A stretch of 64,000 nucleotides of DNA from Oopsacas minuta (taxonomy: Eukaryota > Animalia > Porifera). This document shows, in pieces, positions 61,451 through 64,000 of the stretch (its first letter is position 1; the number at the start of each line of letters is the position of its first letter). Under the pieces are notes generated by a model. It ran no database searches and was not told where the DNA came from. It saw nothing but the letters and a program-made list of their open reading frames with translations. Location: the NCBI GenBank assembly GCA_024704765.1, contig JAKMXF010000077.1, positions 850,534 to 914,533 on the forward strand, read 5' to 3'. Both the position numbers and the translations under genes were made by a program.

Positions 61451-63615
61451 TATTATTAAAAAATTGCTCCATCTTTTTATAATGCGGTGAATTATTGATT
61501 ACAAAATATGTAATTTGGCATATTTTAACAAAATTTTGCTTTATGAAATGATGCAATTATTTCTTCAAGTATGTAATTAATTCGATCGGTCAAAAGTGCA
61601 TTGTTTCTGTGATATACACCGCAGCTTAATAATACCAAACTTCGCTTAATCTATCCTTGGTCTTGAAAAATAGCCAGTGACCTTGCCTTGGTGTCTCTTG
61701 GATGCTATGGGATAGGTATAACAAATTCCATATGAGTATATATTGCAGAAACGACGAATTATTGGCCGAAAAATGTATTGCAATTTTCTAGAGCAATGAA
61801 TTATCAACCATTATATGCTAGAGAACTTCAGGAATGACAATATGTACCAATCAAGCATTTATTTAGTAAAATATGATTCATTGATGCCTTATTGAACGTA
61901 ATATTACATTTTTATATCTCGAACTGATTATATGAAATGATCTATAATTGCCTTTATTCAAAATTAGTAATACAAATTTGGCTAGTTTTTTAGTTACAAT
62001 AGAGACCAGGGATGACATATATTTACAAATTATCACATTCTAACTCGATAATCGTTAGATTATTACTTATTAACTATTGGCTATGATTAGGCTGAAAATT
62101 TAATATTGTATGAAATGTCGAAGGTATGTGAGGAATTAAAAAACGTTGAGTTAATCTGTTAGTGACCCCTTAATTAATATAGCTTCTCTTTTTGTTATTA
62201 TAACGTCATCGCCAGATATCACACTTGAATGTTTTTGTTACATTTTTTCACCAGAATTCACTATACTTAGCCAGCATTCAAATCTAAATAGAGCTTTGCT
62301 TTGAGACACTTCGTATTTCGCTATGATCACAATTGGAGAGCTTATCAAATAATTTTTTTGTTGTACAAAGCAGTAACTTTAATAAACTATTTATCTGTAC
62401 ATCTCGAATCTACAGAGAAGTTTCACTAGATCCTCAAGTGTGATATCTGTGATATCGCCATAAAGATGCTATTTGAAACAAAATGAAAGACATAAGTTAC
62501 CAAAGAGGTTCATCATGGTCGATTTACTATATACTGATAATTCATTTAATGCGCCTATCAGGAGCGGTTGAAATTCTTGATTCTCATTTTAGACCTTAAA
62601 GGGTCAATAACAGATTTGTACATAATTAATAGGAAACTTTTGGGGGCCACACAATTTTACCTATAAAAGAACCTCTTACAGGTAAAAGGTTCAACCAAAA
62701 ATTTAATATTGACTCCCAAAATATCCTCGAGGGATATGTTATATTTCCGGTTTGACTTTGGCTATCAGTTTCAGTTACAGTTTTCGCATACTAGTACTAG
62801 ATGAACCCGAAACTAATTCACCAAATTTGTTTAATTCCTAACACCCTATTTCACATTATAGGAAATTTTCAGCATACTCATAACCATTATTGCATATTAT
62901 GGGCATTTTATATCAGATGGCGACGTTTGGATTTTGAGAAATTTCTACTAGGAGCCCAAAATATCAAATATTTGTGACGTCATAACTAGAATGATAAGTG
63001 ACCAATTTATACAAAACTTGCCCATATCTAGTAACTTGTTTATGTCGTGCCATACACCAACTTTTAGACAAATCGCTTTAGGTTAGCGAAATCACTCGAT
63101 TCATTGACATGGAATTCCCCACTAGTCACTACAAATTTGCTATTGATTAGGCAATAGCTTTAACCATTATCGAGTTAGAATTGGATAATCATAATTGTGC
63201 CATCCTGGTCTCGACTGTAGTTCATGAACGACAACTTTTGCATCACAAATTAACGTTCTAAGAGGCATCAAAGAATGAGGTATTTACCTAATACATGATT
63301 GCTAGGTATTGTCACACATTCCTTGAATAATCTAGCATTTAATAGTTGATAATTTGTTTCTGTACAAATATGCAAAAATGCTCTTTTTCTGCAATATATA
63401 ACTGAATTTGTTTTCTAAGCTATCCTATCCCTAGTTCAAATTCACAAGTTAGTCCCTATGCATAGCAGGAAATGGCAGAGCAAAACTAGAATGGATTAAG
63501 GGCTGAAACTTTCACTCAGGGTCACGATTTTGATTGTATACATCGTGTCACTTTATACTTTTAATGGTACTAGACAATAAAGAGCTGCACACAGATGATA
63601 CTAAATGTTCTAAAT

Positions 63616-64000
63616 CTAATGTGTATCACGCAGTTTTAGAGAAAATAACTCAAGATTGGGGTTAAACGAAGAAAGGCAACTATCTTTGTAGCAATTATAG
63701 CTTGTTGGACTACATTCATTCCAATCATCCTGATTATCCGGGTAACTCCTTACCCCGGGACTTGCCCCCTCGAAATTTCTTTGCACCCCTACCCCAGAGT
63801 GTACAATCCTGGCGATATCCTTGCCTAGAAAAGTGACACGAATATTCCAAATGCAGGGCCCCAAATTTCTCAGGGCAGCCAAGATTCTACGTACATACTG
63901 TACAATACTTTGTTTAGTGTACTTGCCAAATTCTATGTGTAGAATATTGAAACTGATTGTAAATAATTCACATGGTTCAGCTGACAAGATGTAATTTGTT
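63616..64000 (-). CDS. Unidentified open frame running off the window edge (possible 3' end of a gene)
   Basis: The minus frame is open from the window end (>=128 codons) to the stop at 63616 and is GC-richer than its surroundings. No family recognised. Confidence 0.25.
   Translation of the reverse strand, partial: TNYILSAEPCELFTISFNILHIEFGKYTKQSIVQYVRRILAALRNLGPCIWNIRVTFLGKDIARIVHSGVGVQRNFEGASPGVRSYPDNQDDWNECSPTSYNCYKDSCLSSFNPNLELFSLKLRDTH

Larger units (their letters stand above)
59915..61683. mobile_element. ~430 bp palindromic MITE split by a Tc1 insertion
   Basis: 59915-60112 is the reverse complement of 61485-61683 (for example CAATAATTCACCG / CGGTGAATTATTG and AAAATTTTGTCAAAATATGCCAAATTA). 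The Tc1 sits at a TA at the arm-spacer junction. Outer ends are approximate. Confidence 0.75.

Noticed and set aside
1-64000. CRISPR arrays, rRNA, prokaryotic operons or defence systems
   Set aside because: No regularly spaced repeat-spacer structure or rRNA-like sequence is present, and gene content is animal.

Overview
AT-rich eukaryotic (animal) genomic DNA; SMAD4 is metazoan-specific. Three recognisable host genes lie on the + strand: the C-terminal part of MED14 (16.6-17.5 kb), a complete single-ORF NUP85 (34.0-36.0 kb) and a complete single-ORF SMAD4 (57.7-59.5 kb, with a probable 5'UTR intron). Most of the rest is a dense, nested collection of mostly decayed DNA transposons, many delimited to the base by TIRs and target-site duplications. 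They include Tc1/mariner elements (DD34E, DD37E, two DD34D, two DD37D-like), six hAT elements or remnants, a Chapaev3-like element, a Transib-like 3' end carrying a perfect CACAGTG heptamer, a ~5.1 kb Mutator/NOF-like element with ~1 kb inverted arms, two copies of a ~910 bp palindromic element, many MITEs, possible non-autonomous Helitrons and one LINE endonuclease remnant. No rRNA, tRNA or CRISPR array was seen. Intron-poor conserved genes plus this transposon mix would fit a glass-sponge-like genome, but that is inference only. I found no clearly new multi-gene system. The most unusual structures are the long inverted repeats whose arms look unevenly homogenised, the orphan MED14 C-terminus and the RSS-heptamer Transib end. 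All identity values are by-eye estimates, not computed alignments.
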